A stretch of DNA of 64,000 nt from Okeania sp. SIO2F5 (GTDB lineage: Bacteria > Cyanobacteriota > Cyanobacteriia > Cyanobacteriales > Microcoleaceae). Shown piece by piece: positions 10,523 to 23,155 of the stretch (position 1 is the stretch's first letter; each line of letters opens with the position of its first letter). The stretch covers positions 105,619-169,618 of the forward strand of contig NZ_JAAHGU010000008.1 of assembly GCF_010692685.1 (NCBI RefSeq). Reading direction: 5' to 3'. Both the position numbers and the translations under genes were made by a program. A model generated the notes under the pieces. That model was not told where the DNA came from. It searched no databases and worked only from the letters and a program-made list of their open reading frames with translations.

Positions 10523-11965
10523 TTAGACAGAAGTCTGCAATATTTCATGTTCTGTAGGTATATCTATTCTTTGCAACTGTGCTCCTAACTTTTGAAGTTT
10601 AACTTCTAGTTTTTCGTAACCTCGGTCTAAGTGTTGTAGACCTTGAAAAGTCGTTTCTCCTTCTGCGGCCAATGCTGCTATTACCAAGGCAGCAGAAGCT
10701 CTCAGGTCTGTACCAATTACTGGAGCTGCTGAAAGCTTGGACACACCTTCTACAATGGCATGATTTCCTTTCACCCTAATATTAGCACCCATTCTATTTA
10801 GCTCTGAAACATGACGCATACGATTCTCAAATACTGTCTCTGTAACAGAACTACTACCAGAACACACGCTTAACAAGGCCATAAAAGGAGCCTGCATATC
10901 TGTGGGAAAACCAGGATATGGCTGAGTCTCAATATCAGTAGCGACAAGGTTTTTACTAGGTATAACGCGTAAGCTTCCAGGTACTTCTTGTCTAATATTT
11001 ACTCCTACTGACTCAAGTTTAGAAATAACTGCACTCAAATGTTGAGGAACAACTGGTGAAATAGTTATGTCTGAATTAGTAATTGCACCAGCGATTAAAA
11101 ATGTCCCAGCTTCTATTCTGTCAGGTATAATAGTGTAATCTACAGAATGTAGCTTAGGGACTCCAGATATGACTATGTTCTTTGTGCCAGCACCAATAAT
11201 ATTAGCCCCCATAGCTATGCACAAGTTAGCTAGGTCTACTACTTCTGGTTCTTGAGCTGCATTTTCAATGATGGTTTCTCCCTCAGCCAAGGTTGCTGCC
11301 ATCATTAATGTTTCAGTAGCTCCAACACTAGGATAGTCAAGATATATTTTTGCTCCTTGTAACTTTTTTTTAGTACCAGTAATATAGGCGTTGACTATAC
11401 CATGCTCAATATGAACTTCTGCTCCTAAAGCTTGTAAACCTCGAACATGAAGATCGACAGGTCTAGCACCGATAGCACATCCACCTGGTAATGGAACGCG
11501 GGCTACCCCTAATCTGGCCAGAATAGGACCGATAACAAAAAAGCTAGCACGTAACTGTCTAACTAATTCATAAGGAGCTTCAGTAGTATCTAAATTACTC
11601 GCATCAACATCTAAAGTATTACCATTCTGTTCTAACTTTGCTCCCAATGCAGATAAAACCTGTCCCATTCTATTAATATCTGCCAGAGAGGGAACTTGGC
11701 GTAACCGACAAATGCCTGAACAAAGCAATGTTCCTGCCATGGTAGCTAGAGCAGAATTTTTGGCACCACTAATATTTATGTTTCCTTTAAGATCAGATGG
11801 ACCATGAATTTTCAGTATTGACTGGTTGATAGGAGATAATTTTGGGTTCTCTTTTGAATTTGATGGTTGATTGATGGCTCTATCCTCCCTCAATGACCTA
11901 ATTATTAATTTCCATTTTTGCTTCTGATTGTACTGGAAAGTTAGCAGATGTCTAGGGGTTGACAA
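10523..11965 (-). CDS. murA: UDP-N-acetylglucosamine 1-carboxyvinyltransferase.
   Basis: Full-length EPSP-synthase-fold MurA signature ([23 protein letters not shown]..., active-site Cys region LCSGIC). The ORF has a ~50-aa N-terminal extension relative to typical MurA, so the true start is probably internal or non-ATG. Confidence 0.85.
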   Translation of the reverse strand: MSTPRHLLTFQYNQKQKWKLIIRSLREDRAINQPSNSKENPKLSPINQSILKIHGPSDLKGNINISGAKNSALATMAGTLLCSGICRLRQVPSLADINRMGQVLSALGAKLEQNGNTLDVDASNLDTTEAPYELVRQLRASFFVIGPILARLGVARVPLPGGCAIGARPVDLHVRGLQALGAEVHIEHGIVNAYITGTKKKLQGAKIYLDYPSVGATETLMMAATLAEGETIIENAAQEPEVVDLANLCIAMGANIIGAGTKNIVISGVPKLHSVDYTIIPDRIEAGTFLIAGAITNSDITISPVVPQHLSAVISKLESVGVNIRQEVPGSLRVIPSKNLVATDIETQPYPGFPTDMQAPFMALLSVCSGSSSVTETVFENRMRHVSELNRMGANIRVKGNHAIVEGVSKLSAAPVIGTDLRASAALVIAALAAEGETTFQGLQHLDRGYEKLEVKLQKLGAQLQRIDIPTEHEILQTSV

Positions 11966-12148
11966 ATCCTATTTATTAATATAAGTTGCAAAAAAAAATT
12001 AGATGTCTCCGGAATATATTGATACGGTGTATAGGTGAGAAAATATGACCTATATCTATTTATAAATAGCTGCTTAATTAATTTTGAGTTAGATTTTAAC
12101 TGGTCAGAATACAGTGATGTTTTCGACTACAGAATATAGAGGTTGTGA

Positions 12149-13240
12149 ATGGAAATAGGTATTCCCAAGGAAATTAAGGATCAAGAGTTTCGTGTAGGAC
12201 TAACTCCTGCAAGTGTCAGGGTATGTACTGAAGCTGGTCACCAGGTTTTCATCGAAACAGGAGCAGGGTTGGGTGCAGGTTTTAGTGATGAGGATTATAT
12301 CCAAGCAAAGGCCAAAATTTTACAAAATGCTGGAGAGGTTTGGAATTGCGAAATGATCGTAAAAGTTAAAGAACCTCTATCATCAGAATACCAATTTCTC
12401 AAATCAGGACAAATCCTGTTTACTTATCTACATTTGGCTGCTGACCGAAAGCTAACTGAAAGGTTGATTGAAAGTGGGGCGGTGGCGATCGCCTACGAAA
12501 CAGTTGAGCTGCCTGACCATAAGTTACCTTTGTTAACTCCCATGAGTATAATAGCTGGACGTCTTTCTGTGCAGTTTGGGGCGAGATTTTTGGAAAGGCA
12601 ACAGGGTGGTAGAGGTTTACTATTAGGGGGAGTTCCTGGTGTTATGGCTGGTAAGGTTATGATTTTGGGAGGTGGGGTTGTTGGTACAGAAGCAGCGAAA
12701 ATTGCTGTTGGTTTGGGGGCAAGGGTTCAAATTTTTGATATAAATGTGGAAAGGTTAGCTTATCTGGAGACTCTATTTGGTTCTAGAGTGGATTTGTTAT
12801 ACAGCAGTTCTTCTGCTATTGAAGCAGCTATTGTAGATTCCGATTTACTTGTAGGGGCAGTTCTAGTTCCTGGTCGTCGTCCTCCAGTTTTAGTGACTAA
12901 AAGTTTGGTAGCGCAGATGCGTTCTGGCTCTGTGATTATTGATGTAGCTGTGGATCAAGGTGGTTGTGTGGAAACTCTACGTCCAACTTCTCATACAAAT
13001 CCTACCTATGTGGAATCGGGAGTTTTGCATTATGGAGTGCCTAATATGCCTGGAGCAGTTCCCTGGACAGCTACTCAAGCTCTGAATAATAGTACTTTAC
13101 CCTATGTATTACAGTTGGCTCATTATGGGAGTGAAGCTTTAGAAAAAAATCCGGCCTTGGCTAAGGGTTTGAATGTTAAAGACCATTTTTTGGTTCATCC
13201 TGCTGTCCGAGAAGTATTTCCCGATCTAAGTAATAATTAA
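12149..13240 (+). CDS. ald: Alanine dehydrogenase.
   Basis: The N-terminus MEIGIPKEIKDQEFRVGLTP and a GGGVVG Rossmann motif are typical of the Ald/PNT family. Confidence 0.85.
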   Translation: MEIGIPKEIKDQEFRVGLTPASVRVCTEAGHQVFIETGAGLGAGFSDEDYIQAKAKILQNAGEVWNCEMIVKVKEPLSSEYQFLKSGQILFTYLHLAADRKLTERLIESGAVAIAYETVELPDHKLPLLTPMSIIAGRLSVQFGARFLERQQGGRGLLLGGVPGVMAGKVMILGGGVVGTEAAKIAVGLGARVQIFDINVERLAYLETLFGSRVDLLYSSSSAIEAAIVDSDLLVGAVLVPGRRPPVLVTKSLVAQMRSGSVIIDVAVDQGGCVETLRPTSHTNPTYVESGVLHYGVPNMPGAVPWTATQALNNSTLPYVLQLAHYGSEALEKNPALAKGLNVKDHFLVHPAVREVFPDLSNN

Positions 13241-13425
13241 GTTTAAAAATCACACTCCTTGAACATCATTAAGAATAGAATCATTAGATTTATATCAATA
13301 TCTAAGATAAGATAAGTTTTTCAGCAATTTTCATAGATAGTTTTTTTTGAAATTATCTTCATTCTATCTCTTTTATTTCTACTACTCTTTATTTGACATC
13401 CTCTTTGGTAAATCGGTTCGATAAG

Positions 13426-13600
13426 TAATTAGGGTTTGCTGAATCAGTGTGCATGGTAAGGGTAGAAGTCAGGATAAACGGGGAATTATAGAGGATATAG
13501 TAGGAAGAATCGTCCCTTGATTTTTTTGCCCAACTCTTGATCAAAATCCTAAATTTTTGAACCATTACCACCTAAAACATTGCACTTTTTGATACTTAAA
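13426..13600. mobile_element. Partial, inverted copy of MITE family 3.
   Basis: The terminal taattagggtttgctgaatcag and the internal segment match the reverse complement of the 47294-47555 copy. Confidence 0.6.
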
Positions 13601-14608
13601 AAGGCTAAAACCTTATTTAGATTTATAGTTGATTAAAACTAGCAGAGTGATTATTTATGAGGAGGCTAAATTTATCTTTGGTCATATTCCTAAAACTGGA
13701 GTGACTAGCATAACACTATCTCTAGAAGAACGTTTTGAGGTCTAAAGACATTTTTATAGGAGAAAGTAAATATGGTGATAAGTTACAACAGATTTATGAA
13801 AAAAAAAATTGGGATGTGTAAACAATAGTCTACTATTAAAGATTATTTAGATACTACTAACTTTTCTGAGTTTATTCGCCATCCTATTCTTTTCTGGTAA
13901 AAGATAATTCTTTTTATACTCAATAGACATGGCTATCAAATCGCGATCGCCAGTTCCTGATAGTTAATAGGGTCATTAGTTAGAAAAAATTGGCTCTGCA
14001 TGGTCAAAATTATGCTAAGGATGAGGAATCAGTTGTAAACTAAGCTATGAAAATAAATCGGCTTTTAGAACTGTTGAGTTGATTTCTGAAGACCGTAGCT
14101 ATATATATTCGTAATTCAAATTGAAACTCTGAGCGTTAAATCTCGCGATTATAACGGGAGTTCTCTTTCAACATTTATGATAGAATTTGATGTCAGATAT
14201 CATCAAAAATTTATTTAGTCAAATAGTGTAGAAAAAAGTGTTAAGCTTCATAAATTAAAAAAAACTATTTACTGCTGGTGAAATAACCATTTATACAGTT
14301 AAAGTTAACGGTGGAATGAGACTTATACACTCCTAATTTATTTAAAGTTAAAATGCTCTGCAAGATTATAGATTAATGTTTATATTATACCAAATCAACC
14401 AAACAACGTAAATAGGTAAAAATAAATGAGAATATTCTCAATAATCAGCATTTAATTAATTTTTGTAACAATTGAAAAGATTAAAAATTATCTTTGTAAT
14501 TTTTAATATTTATTAGTTTTAGTTATAAAAAATATGGTAGTAAAAAAACTTAATTTAAAGTGATTGACAAATTGAAGTAGATCGGCAATAATAAAAAATT
14601 GTGATTTA

Positions 14609-14692
14609 GCGGAACTGGCGGAATTGGTAGACGCGCTAGATTCAGGTTCTAGTGTTCGCAAGGACTTCCGGGTTCAAGTCCCGGGTTCCGCA
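14609..14692 (+). tRNA. trnL-CAG: tRNA-Leu (anticodon CAG), type II.
   Basis: The sequence is almost identical to the canonical bacterial tRNA-Leu(CAG) (GCGGAAUUGGUAGACGCGCUAG...UUCAGG...GGGUUCAAGUCCC). CCA is not encoded. Confidence 0.9.
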
Positions 14693-14696
14693 TTAT

Positions 14697-14822
14697 CTAG
14701 TGCTGCTACGCGGAAGTTAAAAATCAAAAATCAAAAATCAAAAATCAAAAATCAAAAATATTGATTGGTAAGGCTTTTAGAATTTTGTAACTGGTTAGTT
14801 ATTCCTACCATCCTGCATTAGG
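14697..14822. mobile_element. MITE family 2 copy inserted 5 bp downstream of tRNA-Leu(CAG). It contains an internal (AAAATCA)5 microsatellite.
   Basis: Terminal inverted repeats ctagtgctgctacgcgg ... cctgcattag, matching the other family-2 copies. Confidence 0.75.
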
Positions 14823-14941
14823 TATATGGAGTATTTCTTGATTAGCGATCAAAATCTAATGGGTAGGAAAATCACAATATCCTGCTCGTGTTTCACTCCT
14901 CAAATAAAATCAGTAATAAATACTAGATAAAAATATAAGTA

Positions 14942-15727
14942 GTGCTGACCAGTTTAAAAAATCCTTTAGTAAAGGAAATCCGTAAGCTTCATCAATCCAA
15001 AGGAAGAAAGGAGAGGCAGTTATTTTTATTAGAAGGAACTCATATCCTAGAAGAAGCTTGCCACAAAAGTTATCCTCTTTTAACTGTATGTTGTACGCCT
15101 GAATGGCAAGAAAGACATCAATTTTTGTGGGAATTATTATCTCAAAAAGCTCAAAGGATAGAATTAGTAAGTGAAAGGGTTTTGAAGTCTCTTACTACTA
15201 CAGTTAATCCTGATGGAATAATAGCTATAGCACCACAAAAGTCAAAAAATTCTGTCAAAATTGCTAGTTTGGGAATTGCTTTGGACAAATTGCAAGACCC
15301 TGGTAATTTTGGTACTATCATCAGGACAGCTACGGCAACAGATGTAGATGGTTTGTGGTTAAGTGCAGATAGTGTGGACTTATATCATCCTAAAGTAGTT
15401 AGAGCTTCAGCAGGGGTATGGTTTAAGTTACCTATGGCAATTTCTGAAAATTTAAAGGCCGAGGTATTAAAGTTACAAAATCAAGGTTTGCAAATTGTAG
15501 CAACAGTACCAAATTCTACTATAAACTATTGGCAGATTGACTTACGAAAACCGACACTAATAATCTTAGGAAATGAGGGTTCTGGTATTTCACAAGATTT
15601 ACTTGAGTTGGCTGATTATTCTGTCAAGATTCCTTTGGGTAACGAAGTGGAATCTTTGAATGTTGCTGTCTGTACAGCAGTAATTTTGTATGAAGTTCAA
15701 CGTCAACGTCAATCTCAATCAAATTAG
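14942..15727 (+). CDS. TrmH/SpoU-family RNA 2'-O-methyltransferase (RlmB-like).
   Basis: SPOUT motifs NFGTIIRTA, GNEGSGIS and SLNVAVCTAVILYE. Confidence 0.8.
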   Translation: MLTSLKNPLVKEIRKLHQSKGRKERQLFLLEGTHILEEACHKSYPLLTVCCTPEWQERHQFLWELLSQKAQRIELVSERVLKSLTTTVNPDGIIAIAPQKSKNSVKIASLGIALDKLQDPGNFGTIIRTATATDVDGLWLSADSVDLYHPKVVRASAGVWFKLPMAISENLKAEVLKLQNQGLQIVATVPNSTINYWQIDLRKPTLIILGNEGSGISQDLLELADYSVKIPLGNEVESLNVAVCTAVILYEVQRQRQSQSN

Positions 15728-15869
15728 TAAATTATGAACCTATTCCAGTAATAAGATTTTTGCTAAAAACCCTAAATATTTTGATAGTTAAAAACTAAAG
15801 ATTAAACTTTTCAGACACATTTTAATTGAACAAATTAGCCTGTGAAAAATAGTGGGATAGGTTATTATA

Positions 15870-16109
15870 TTATTCTGAATCCGCTTCCGATAATGGTTGG
15901 CTTTGATGATTTGTTTCCATATATTGGTCTATGTCAGCGATCGCTTCCTCTAACTCTGATAAACCAAATTTTTGATTGGACTTTTCACTATCTTGAAGAT
16001 CGGAATTAGACTTTTCATAGTTGGGTTCCTGAAGAGAGTTATCCAATTGTTTCTCAAAGCTATCAACAAATGTTTTTGCAGCCTGACTACGAATATCTTT
16101 TTTATCCAT
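15870..16109 (-). CDS. Hypothetical small acidic protein.
   Basis: ORF only. No recognizable motifs. Confidence 0.25.
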   Translation of the reverse strand: MDKKDIRSQAAKTFVDSFEKQLDNSLQEPNYEKSNSDLQDSEKSNQKFGLSELEEAIADIDQYMETNHQSQPLSEADSE

Positions 16110-16190
16110 ATTAATTTCTGTCCTTGTTATCTTCTTGTTAACAGTTCAACTTATTTTTATATAAAAAAAAGGCATACAAACAGCAGGAGT

Positions 16191-16301
16191 CTAGTGCCGC
16201 TACGCGGAAGTTAAAAGTCAAAAGTTAAGAGTCAAAAGTATTGCTTAGTAAGGCTTTTAGGATTTTGTAACTTGTCAGTTATTTCCGCCATCCTGCACTA
16301 G
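16191..16301. mobile_element. MITE family 2 copy.
   Basis: Terminal inverted repeats ctagtgccgctacgcgg ... cctgcactag. Confidence 0.75.
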
Positions 16302-17036
16302 ATATTTTATTTCTAGATATCTTTCCGGAGCAAAAGTTAAATCTGCTCTATATTATTAATTAATAGCTAATATTTTGATGATTTGGGGCTTTTGATTTTT
16401 TTTATAGAGCGATCAGATTATTAATTTTGACATCTTTGTTGAGCTTTTAAATTTGCTCTACAATCAATGAATATTTTAAGCTATTTTTAGCCATTTATCA
16501 TTCAAAATGTATCTAAAGTAAGTTTATATAAACTCTTTTTAATCAAATGAAATCATTATCTAAATAGTAATATAAACTGAATACTTATAGATTTCAGTAT
16601 TTTATCTGAAATAATGAGATTTGTTTTTTTAGGCTCATTATATCATAAACATATAGCTAAGAAAGAATTGGTTAGGACGTAGACTAATAACCAATCTTAG
16701 ACTAGAAAATGTTTTTCCAACTGTTGCCTGTTCCCTGCTATAAAAGTTTTGTTTGTCGCAGCAAAAAAAAAGACTAAGTGAAGTAATGTCTGTATGCAAG
16801 GCTAGCTCATACAGACACGAATGAATAGTTTCCCAATATGGATTATGTACTTAATTTTCTCGCTCCTTGTGCTTTCAACTTAACTATTGCAGTTTATTTT
16901 GGTCAAGAATTAAGTTAATCTGGGATCTAGAGCAAATTAAGTTCAAACAAATCCCAAATAAAATATTTAGCTACATTCCTATAATTTCTAATATTATAGT
17001 TTTTGCAAACATACAAACAGGTTTTAAAAACAACAG

Positions 17037-18467
17037 ATGACTCAAGAATTTGATTACGACTTAATAATTATTGGTGCAGGTGTTGGTGGACATGGTGCGG
17101 CATTACACGCCACAAGTTGTGGCCTAAAAACAGCTATTGTAGAAGCAGCGGAAATGGGTGGGACTTGTGTTAACCGAGGTTGTATACCATCCAAGGCGCT
17201 TTTGGCAGCATCTGGTAAAGTTCGAGAGTTACGGGATACTCACCACTTAAAAACTCTGGGTATTCAATTAGATAATGTAGCTTACGACCGACAAGTTATA
17301 GCTTCTCATGCTAGTAACATTGTTGACAAAATTAGAGGTGACATGACTAACAGTCTGAAACGTCTAGGTATAGATTTGATTAAAGGCTGGGGGCAAATGG
17401 CAGGTCAACAAAAAGTTATGGTCAAGACAGATAAGGGAGAAGAATACTTTACTGCTAAAGATATTATACTTGCCCCTGGCTCTATTCCATTTGTTCCTCC
17501 TGGAATAGAATTAGATGGTAAAACAGTTTTTACCAGTGATGATGCTTTGAAACTAGATTGGTTGCCACCCTGGGTAGCAATTATCGGTAGTGGTTATATT
17601 GGACTGGAGTTTTCTGACATCTATACTGCTCTTGGATCTGAAATTACAATGATTGAGGCATTAGACCAATTAATGCCTACTTTCGATCCAGATATAGCAA
17701 AAATTGCAAAAAGAGTTCTAATTGAATCAAGAGATATTGAAACTAAAGTGGGTAAGTTGGCGATTAAGGTAATTCCTGGATCTCCGGTAATTATTGAACT
17801 AGCTGATGCTAAAACTAAGGAAGTAGAAGAGGTTCTGGAAGTAGATGCTTGTTTAGTTGCTACAGGTCGCATTCCCTATACAAAAAATTTGGGACTAGAT
17901 TATGTTGGTGTAGAGACTGACCGTCGGGGTTTTATCCCAGTAAATGACAAAATGGCTGTTTTGTCAAGTGGTGAACCAGTACCTAATTTATGGGCGATCG
18001 GTGATGCTACTGGAAAAATGATGTTAGCTCATACAGCTTCAGCTCAAGGTATAACAGTGGTAGAAAATATTTGTGGTCGTCATCGGGATGTAGATTATCT
18101 TAGTATTCCGGCGGCTGCTTTTACTCATCCAGAAATTAGCTATGTTGGTATGACTGAAACAGCAGCTAAGGATTTAGGTAAAGATCAAGGATTTGAAGTA
18201 GGCAGTGTAAAAACTTATTTTAAGGGTAATTCAAAAGCAATTGCTGAAGGAGAAACAGATGGTATTGCTAAAGTCATTTATCGTCAAGATACAGGAGAAT
18301 TATTAGGAGTACATATTATTGGCCTTCATGCATCCGATTTAATTCAAGAAGCAGCAAATGCTATGGCTCAAAAGCAATCTGTTAATCAGTTATCTTTTAA
18401 TGTACATACTCATCCTACTTTGTCAGAGGTTTTGGATGAGGCATTTAAACGAGCAACTGTTAGTTAG
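17037..18467 (+). CDS. lpdA: Dihydrolipoyl dehydrogenase (E3 component).
   Basis: FAD-binding GAGVGG, redox-active disulfide [13 protein letters not shown], and a C-terminal dimerization domain with HPTLSE. Confidence 0.9.
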   Translation: MTQEFDYDLIIIGAGVGGHGAALHATSCGLKTAIVEAAEMGGTCVNRGCIPSKALLAASGKVRELRDTHHLKTLGIQLDNVAYDRQVIASHASNIVDKIRGDMTNSLKRLGIDLIKGWGQMAGQQKVMVKTDKGEEYFTAKDIILAPGSIPFVPPGIELDGKTVFTSDDALKLDWLPPWVAIIGSGYIGLEFSDIYTALGSEITMIEALDQLMPTFDPDIAKIAKRVLIESRDIETKVGKLAIKVIPGSPVIIELADAKTKEVEEVLEVDACLVATGRIPYTKNLGLDYVGVETDRRGFIPVNDKMAVLSSGEPVPNLWAIGDATGKMMLAHTASAQGITVVENICGRHRDVDYLSIPAAAFTHPEISYVGMTETAAKDLGKDQGFEVGSVKTYFKGNSKAIAEGETDGIAKVIYRQDTGELLGVHIIGLHASDLIQEAANAMAQKQSVNQLSFNVHTHPTLSEVLDEAFKRATVS

Positions 18468-18747
18468 TTATTAAGCTGAAGCAAATTGTTATTTTAGTAA
18501 TCGCACTAATATAGCAATTTGGTCTTCAGTCATCATTATTTTTGTTTCTCAGAACTTAATTTTGCTTTTCAACTTAGTTATTGTAACTTCAGTAGATTAA
18601 TAAAGTCTATACTTCCAAGTATTGAAAATCTGAAGGCTACAAAAAGAATCATTAAAAAAATGGGGTCTTCCTAAAAATGTAAGGATATTCGTTAATATAT
18701 TCCTTTAATTTTCAGGAGTCTAAGGCAGCAAAAATTATCTTTGATTT

Positions 18748-18976
18748 TGCGGGTTTAATACCCCACCGTCAACCCAGGGGCAATTTATTGTCACTAGAGA
18801 AAAATTGTATCCTTTGAAATCTCGTACATTTTGCTAGAATTAGTTAACCAAAAATATTAGAGTTGTAAATATTCTCTAATGATAAAGAATTAGCCCTGCA
18901 CCGTCAACGAGGATGCTTAAAATTGTTTGAGGTTATAAGACAGGAAATGGCAAGTCGTTGACTATCCATAAGCAAT
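18748..18976. mobile_element. MITE family 1 copy with an internal ~120-bp insertion.
   Basis: The ends are the same as the 724-817 copy. The interior is expanded. Confidence 0.65.
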
Positions 18977-19058
18977 TAGACCTTCTGCCTTCTGCCTTCT
19001 GCCTTCTTCAATACTTATTTAAACTACAAAAAATAGTAAATTATCAAGATAAAATATA

Positions 19059-19940
19059 ATGCAAATTCGTCGCCGACCGCCAACTTCAGCAGTAGAAATG
19101 GGTAGTTTACGCTATGAAGTTGCTTTGCCAAACTCAAAACCTCAAAATATTCTGGAAGAAATTGTTTGGTATAAAGAAAAAGAGGTAGATTCTCTGCGGG
19201 ATAAACAACCATTAATTGAGTTAAAAAAGAAAATCAACTCAATGTCTGCTCCTCTGGATTTTTTGGCTATCTTGTCAACAGGAAAAACTCAACCTGCTGT
19301 AATTGCTGAAGTTAAAAAAGCTTCTCCTAGTAAAGGGATAATTAGAGAAGATTTTGAACCAGTTGCCATAGCTAAAGCATATCAACAAAATGGTGCAACT
19401 TGTATTTCGGTTTTGACAGATAAAAAATTTTTTCAAGGTAGCTTCGAATATTTGTCAAATATTAGGAAAAATGTTGACCTACCACTACTGTGTAAAGATT
19501 TTCTGATTTATCCATATCAAATATATCTTGCTCGTTTATATGGAGCTGATGCTGTATTGCTAATTGCGGCAATTTTATCAGACCAAGATTTAAAGTATTT
19601 TATCAAGATAGTTAATACTTTAGGAATGACTCCTTTAGTTGAAGTTCATAGTTTAACAGAGTTAGACCGGGTATTGACAATAGAAGGAGTTAAGTTGGTC
19701 GGTATAAATAATCGCAACTTAGAAGATTTTTCAGTAGATTTACAAACAACTTATAAATTAATGGAAGCGAGGAAGAAAGAGTTAGAAAAACTTGGAATTT
19801 TAGTAGTAAGTGAATCAGGAATACATGAATATCAAGATGTAAACGTTGTTAAAAATGCTGGTGTGGATGCTGTTTTAATAGGTGAGTCTCTGATGAAAAA
19901 AGCAGATCCAGGTGCAGCATTGCTACAGTTATTTACCTAA
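19059..19940 (+). CDS. trpC: Indole-3-glycerol phosphate synthase.
   Basis: [14 protein letters not shown]-terminus, [12 protein letters not shown], and the (beta/alpha)8 phosphate-binding segments. Confidence 0.85.
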   Translation: MQIRRRPPTSAVEMGSLRYEVALPNSKPQNILEEIVWYKEKEVDSLRDKQPLIELKKKINSMSAPLDFLAILSTGKTQPAVIAEVKKASPSKGIIREDFEPVAIAKAYQQNGATCISVLTDKKFFQGSFEYLSNIRKNVDLPLLCKDFLIYPYQIYLARLYGADAVLLIAAILSDQDLKYFIKIVNTLGMTPLVEVHSLTELDRVLTIEGVKLVGINNRNLEDFSVDLQTTYKLMEARKKELEKLGILVVSESGIHEYQDVNVVKNAGVDAVLIGESLMKKADPGAALLQLFT

Positions 19941-20537
19941 TAATTAAGGGGTAAAGTTTTCCTTTACTGTACAAAAGTTTGTCGGTCTACAAGGGGAGAA
20001 AAGAAAAAAAATATTTTAGTCAATTATATAATTTTAAGGAGAAGTTATTGTTCATTATTAATTGTTAATTGTTGAAAGAGTATAGTAGTCGAAGCAAAAG
20101 TTAGGACATATCAAAAACTTAAAACTTAGACAAGACAAAATTTTTATTCTTCCTTCTTTCTTCCTTCTGCTATAACAGGTTAACTCAAACTTTTAAAAAT
20201 ATAGGCTTTTAGATTTAGATTAGATATTGACAATTTTTCAGATAAAAGCTGTAGGCGATAGAATTATCAAAAAAATTATTGAATAATTAAATTTTCAACC
20301 CTCTCCTTGAAACTCGAAAGGAGAAAAAAATATTTTATTCAGTGCTCTTGTTTTAAAAAGGGTTTCCTGACGGAATCCTCCACAAACAGCAATTCAGCAC
20401 TCAGCATTTTCCAAAAGGAATGCTCCGCAAACAGCAAGTGATTTATATAGCTGTACTAAATAGGTTTTAAACAAATGTTAGTTATCGAAATACTGATGGT
20501 TACTTCTCTTGATATGTAGCTAATGTTCATATTCTAT

Positions 20538-20641
20538 CTAGTGCAGAATGGCAGAAATAACTAACCAGTTACAAAATCCTAAAAGCCTTACCAATCAATA
20601 CTTTTGACTTTTAAATTTTGACTTCCGCGTAGCAGCACTAG
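20538..20641. mobile_element. MITE family 2 copy.
   Basis: Terminal inverted repeats ctagtgcagaatggc ... ccgcgtagcagcactag. Confidence 0.75.
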
Positions 20642-20868
20642 GATAGCTATAGTGATTTATGTTCATATTAATTATCTTTTAACTTATGGGTTTAATATCC
20701 TAGCTTTACCCACGGTGTCTACAATTATTTGGGGTTTTAATTCCCATAACTTTTTTTTGTTCCTTCTTCAAGAATAATTACTAATGCAGTAGTTCTCTGA
20801 TTTCTATTTGTTGTTCAAGTTCCCACATAGCATAATCAATCAATCTGTAAACCGTTAGAAATAAAACT

Positions 20869-21099
20869 ATGGAAGCAATACCAGTTCCCTCCCGTATTCA
20901 TTATGAATTGCTACTTCAGTTATTAGAAAAAAAGACGATTTTAGCAGTAGACTATCATACAAAACAGCACGAAAAAGCACGGGAACTTATTGTAACTGTG
21001 AGAAAAGCTTTAGCACTACAAAAACAATTTGAAGAAAGTTGCAAGCAAGCAAATTTACCAATTGAATATCAATGGTCTCTCAATGAAACAGAAAAATAA
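20869..21099 (+). CDS. Hypothetical small protein.
   Basis: ORF only. Helical, no motifs. Confidence 0.25.
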   Translation: MEAIPVPSRIHYELLLQLLEKKTILAVDYHTKQHEKARELIVTVRKALALQKQFEESCKQANLPIEYQWSLNETEK

Positions 21100-21280
21100 A
21101 TATTAAGTGCATTAGAACAAGCAAAAAAAGGTATTTCTGAATTTGATAATACTCAAAAATTAATATCTAAGACTTTTGAAAATCCAAAGGTAGAATTGGC
21201 AATTAATAACTTCACTAAATAAGACCTAGAATAAAACTAACAATAGATAATTAATTAACAATCATTCATTAATTATTTCT

Positions 21281-21544
21281 CTGCTGATTAAATCTCAAAG
21301 CACTGCTAAATAAAGGTTTTAGCCTTTTTGGGGCCTTTAAAAAGTGCCTGGTTTCCAGTCTAAAACGCTCAAAAAGGAGCGTATTTTAGGCGCATAGTTG
21401 GGTAGAAAAATCATTCTTACAATTGTTACTCCTACCTCCTCGCTCATTCCCATTCCTCCCCTCCTGGGAGGGGGAGGGGCGAGGGGTGGGTTTTCTCCTG
21501 TCTCCTACCCCTACTAAAAGACTTTTTCAGCAAACCCTAATTAG
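21281..21544. mobile_element. MITE family 3 copy with GC-rich palindromic core (cccctcctgggagggggagggg).
   Basis: Ends match the 2763 and 47294 copies. Confidence 0.75.
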
Positions 21545-21997
21545 AAGAAGTAATTATCAATTATTGATTTAGTCTACCTAACTAATAAATACAATTCTTA
21601 GGGGTCTCACAATTGATAGATTTGTTCAATGTAAAGTTTTTGGGAATGATTAGGAGCAGTTAATACAGTTAGTATTTCGGCAATAATTTGTGAAACCATT
21701 CAAAACCATTACTCTAACAACAAAAACTTTGTGGTTAGTTATAACTTCTAACTTTTACCAGATAAATAGTTGCTTCAAGCATTGAATTATCCGTTAATAT
21801 CTTAAATGTAAATTCTATAGAAAGAAAAATCAAAAATTTCCTCAAAAAAAAATAATTAAAATTAAATAACTCCCAAAATAACAAAAAGATTCCAACTTTG
21901 GAATCTTAAAGAAAAAATAAGTTTTTTCAATGAAATGCTTCTCAATCAATAAACATATAAACTAACTCAAGTAACACAAAACAAAGGAATAGAAAGA

Positions 21998-23155
21998 ATG
22001 AATGACAAACTAATGTTAATGATTCCCGGACCTACTCCAGTACCAGAAACAGCCTTACTAGCTATGGCTAAACATCCAATAGGCCATAGAAGTGGTGACT
22101 TTTCCAAAATTATGGCCGAGGTGACAGAAAACCTCAAATGGCTACATCAAACCAAAAATGATGTGCTAATTTTAGCATCTAGTGGAACTGGGGCCATGGA
22201 AGCAGGTATCATTAACTTTCTCAGTCCAGGCGATCGCGTACTATGTGGATGTAATGGTAAATTTGGCGATCGCTGGGCAGAAGTAGCTACGGCCTATGGT
22301 CTCCAAGTAGAAAAAATCACAGCAGAATGGGGCCAACCTCTGGACTCAGAAAAATTTCGTGAACAACTAGAAGCAGATAAAGATAAAAAAATCAAGGCGG
22401 TTATTATTACCCATAGTGAAACTTCTACAGGTGTTCTCAATGACCTAGAAACTATTAATAGTTATGTTAAAGCTCATGGCGAAGCATTAATTATAGTAGA
22501 TGCCGTCACCAGCATTGGGGCAGTCAATATACCAATAGATGAGTTGGGTCTTGATGTTGTTGCTTCAGGTTCTCAGAAAGGTTATATGATACCCCCTGGT
22601 TTAGCTTTTGTAGCAGTAGGTGCTAAAGCTTGGACTGCATATGAAACGGCCAAATTACCACGTTACTATCTTGACTTGGGTAAGTATCGTAAAGATGCAG
22701 CTAAAAATACTACACCTTTTACCCCGCCAGTAAATTTATTCTTTGCCTTGCAAGCTACGCTTAGGATGATGCAGGATGAAGGATTAGAAAATATATTTGC
22801 TCGGCATCAACGTTTAATGAGTACGACTCGTGCAGCAGTCAAAGCTTTAGGGTTGCCCCTATTTGGACCAGATGCAGTAGCTAGTCCTGCTATTACGGCA
22901 GTTGCTCCTCCACCAGAAGTAGACGCAGAAAAAATACGGACTATTGTAAATAAGCGTTTTGATATTGCTTTAGCTGGTGGACAAAACCACTTGAAAGGGA
23001 AAATTTTCCGTATTGGACATTTGGGTTTTGTCAGCGAACGGGATATTCTCACCGCTATCTCTGCATTAGAAGTTGCTTTGCGAGAGTTGGGATATGAAGC
23101 TTTTACTCCAGGAGCAGGTGTAGCTACTGCTTCTAGAGTTTTAGCTGAGTCATAA
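21998..23155 (+). CDS. Class-V aminotransferase (alanine-glyoxylate / serine-pyruvate aminotransferase family).
   Basis: PLP-lysine motif SGSQKGYM. Overall length and motifs are typical for AGT-family enzymes. Confidence 0.8.
   Translation: MNDKLMLMIPGPTPVPETALLAMAKHPIGHRSGDFSKIMAEVTENLKWLHQTKNDVLILASSGTGAMEAGIINFLSPGDRVLCGCNGKFGDRWAEVATAYGLQVEKITAEWGQPLDSEKFREQLEADKDKKIKAVIITHSETSTGVLNDLETINSYVKAHGEALIIVDAVTSIGAVNIPIDELGLDVVASGSQKGYMIPPGLAFVAVGAKAWTAYETAKLPRYYLDLGKYRKDAAKNTTPFTPPVNLFFALQATLRMMQDEGLENIFARHQRLMSTTRAAVKALGLPLFGPDAVASPAITAVAPPPEVDAEKIRTIVNKRFDIALAGGQNHLKGKIFRIGHLGFVSERDILTAISALEVALRELGYEAFTPGAGVATASRVLAES

Noticed and set aside
13389-13571. 60-aa ORF
   Set aside because: It lies inside the partial MITE3 copy.
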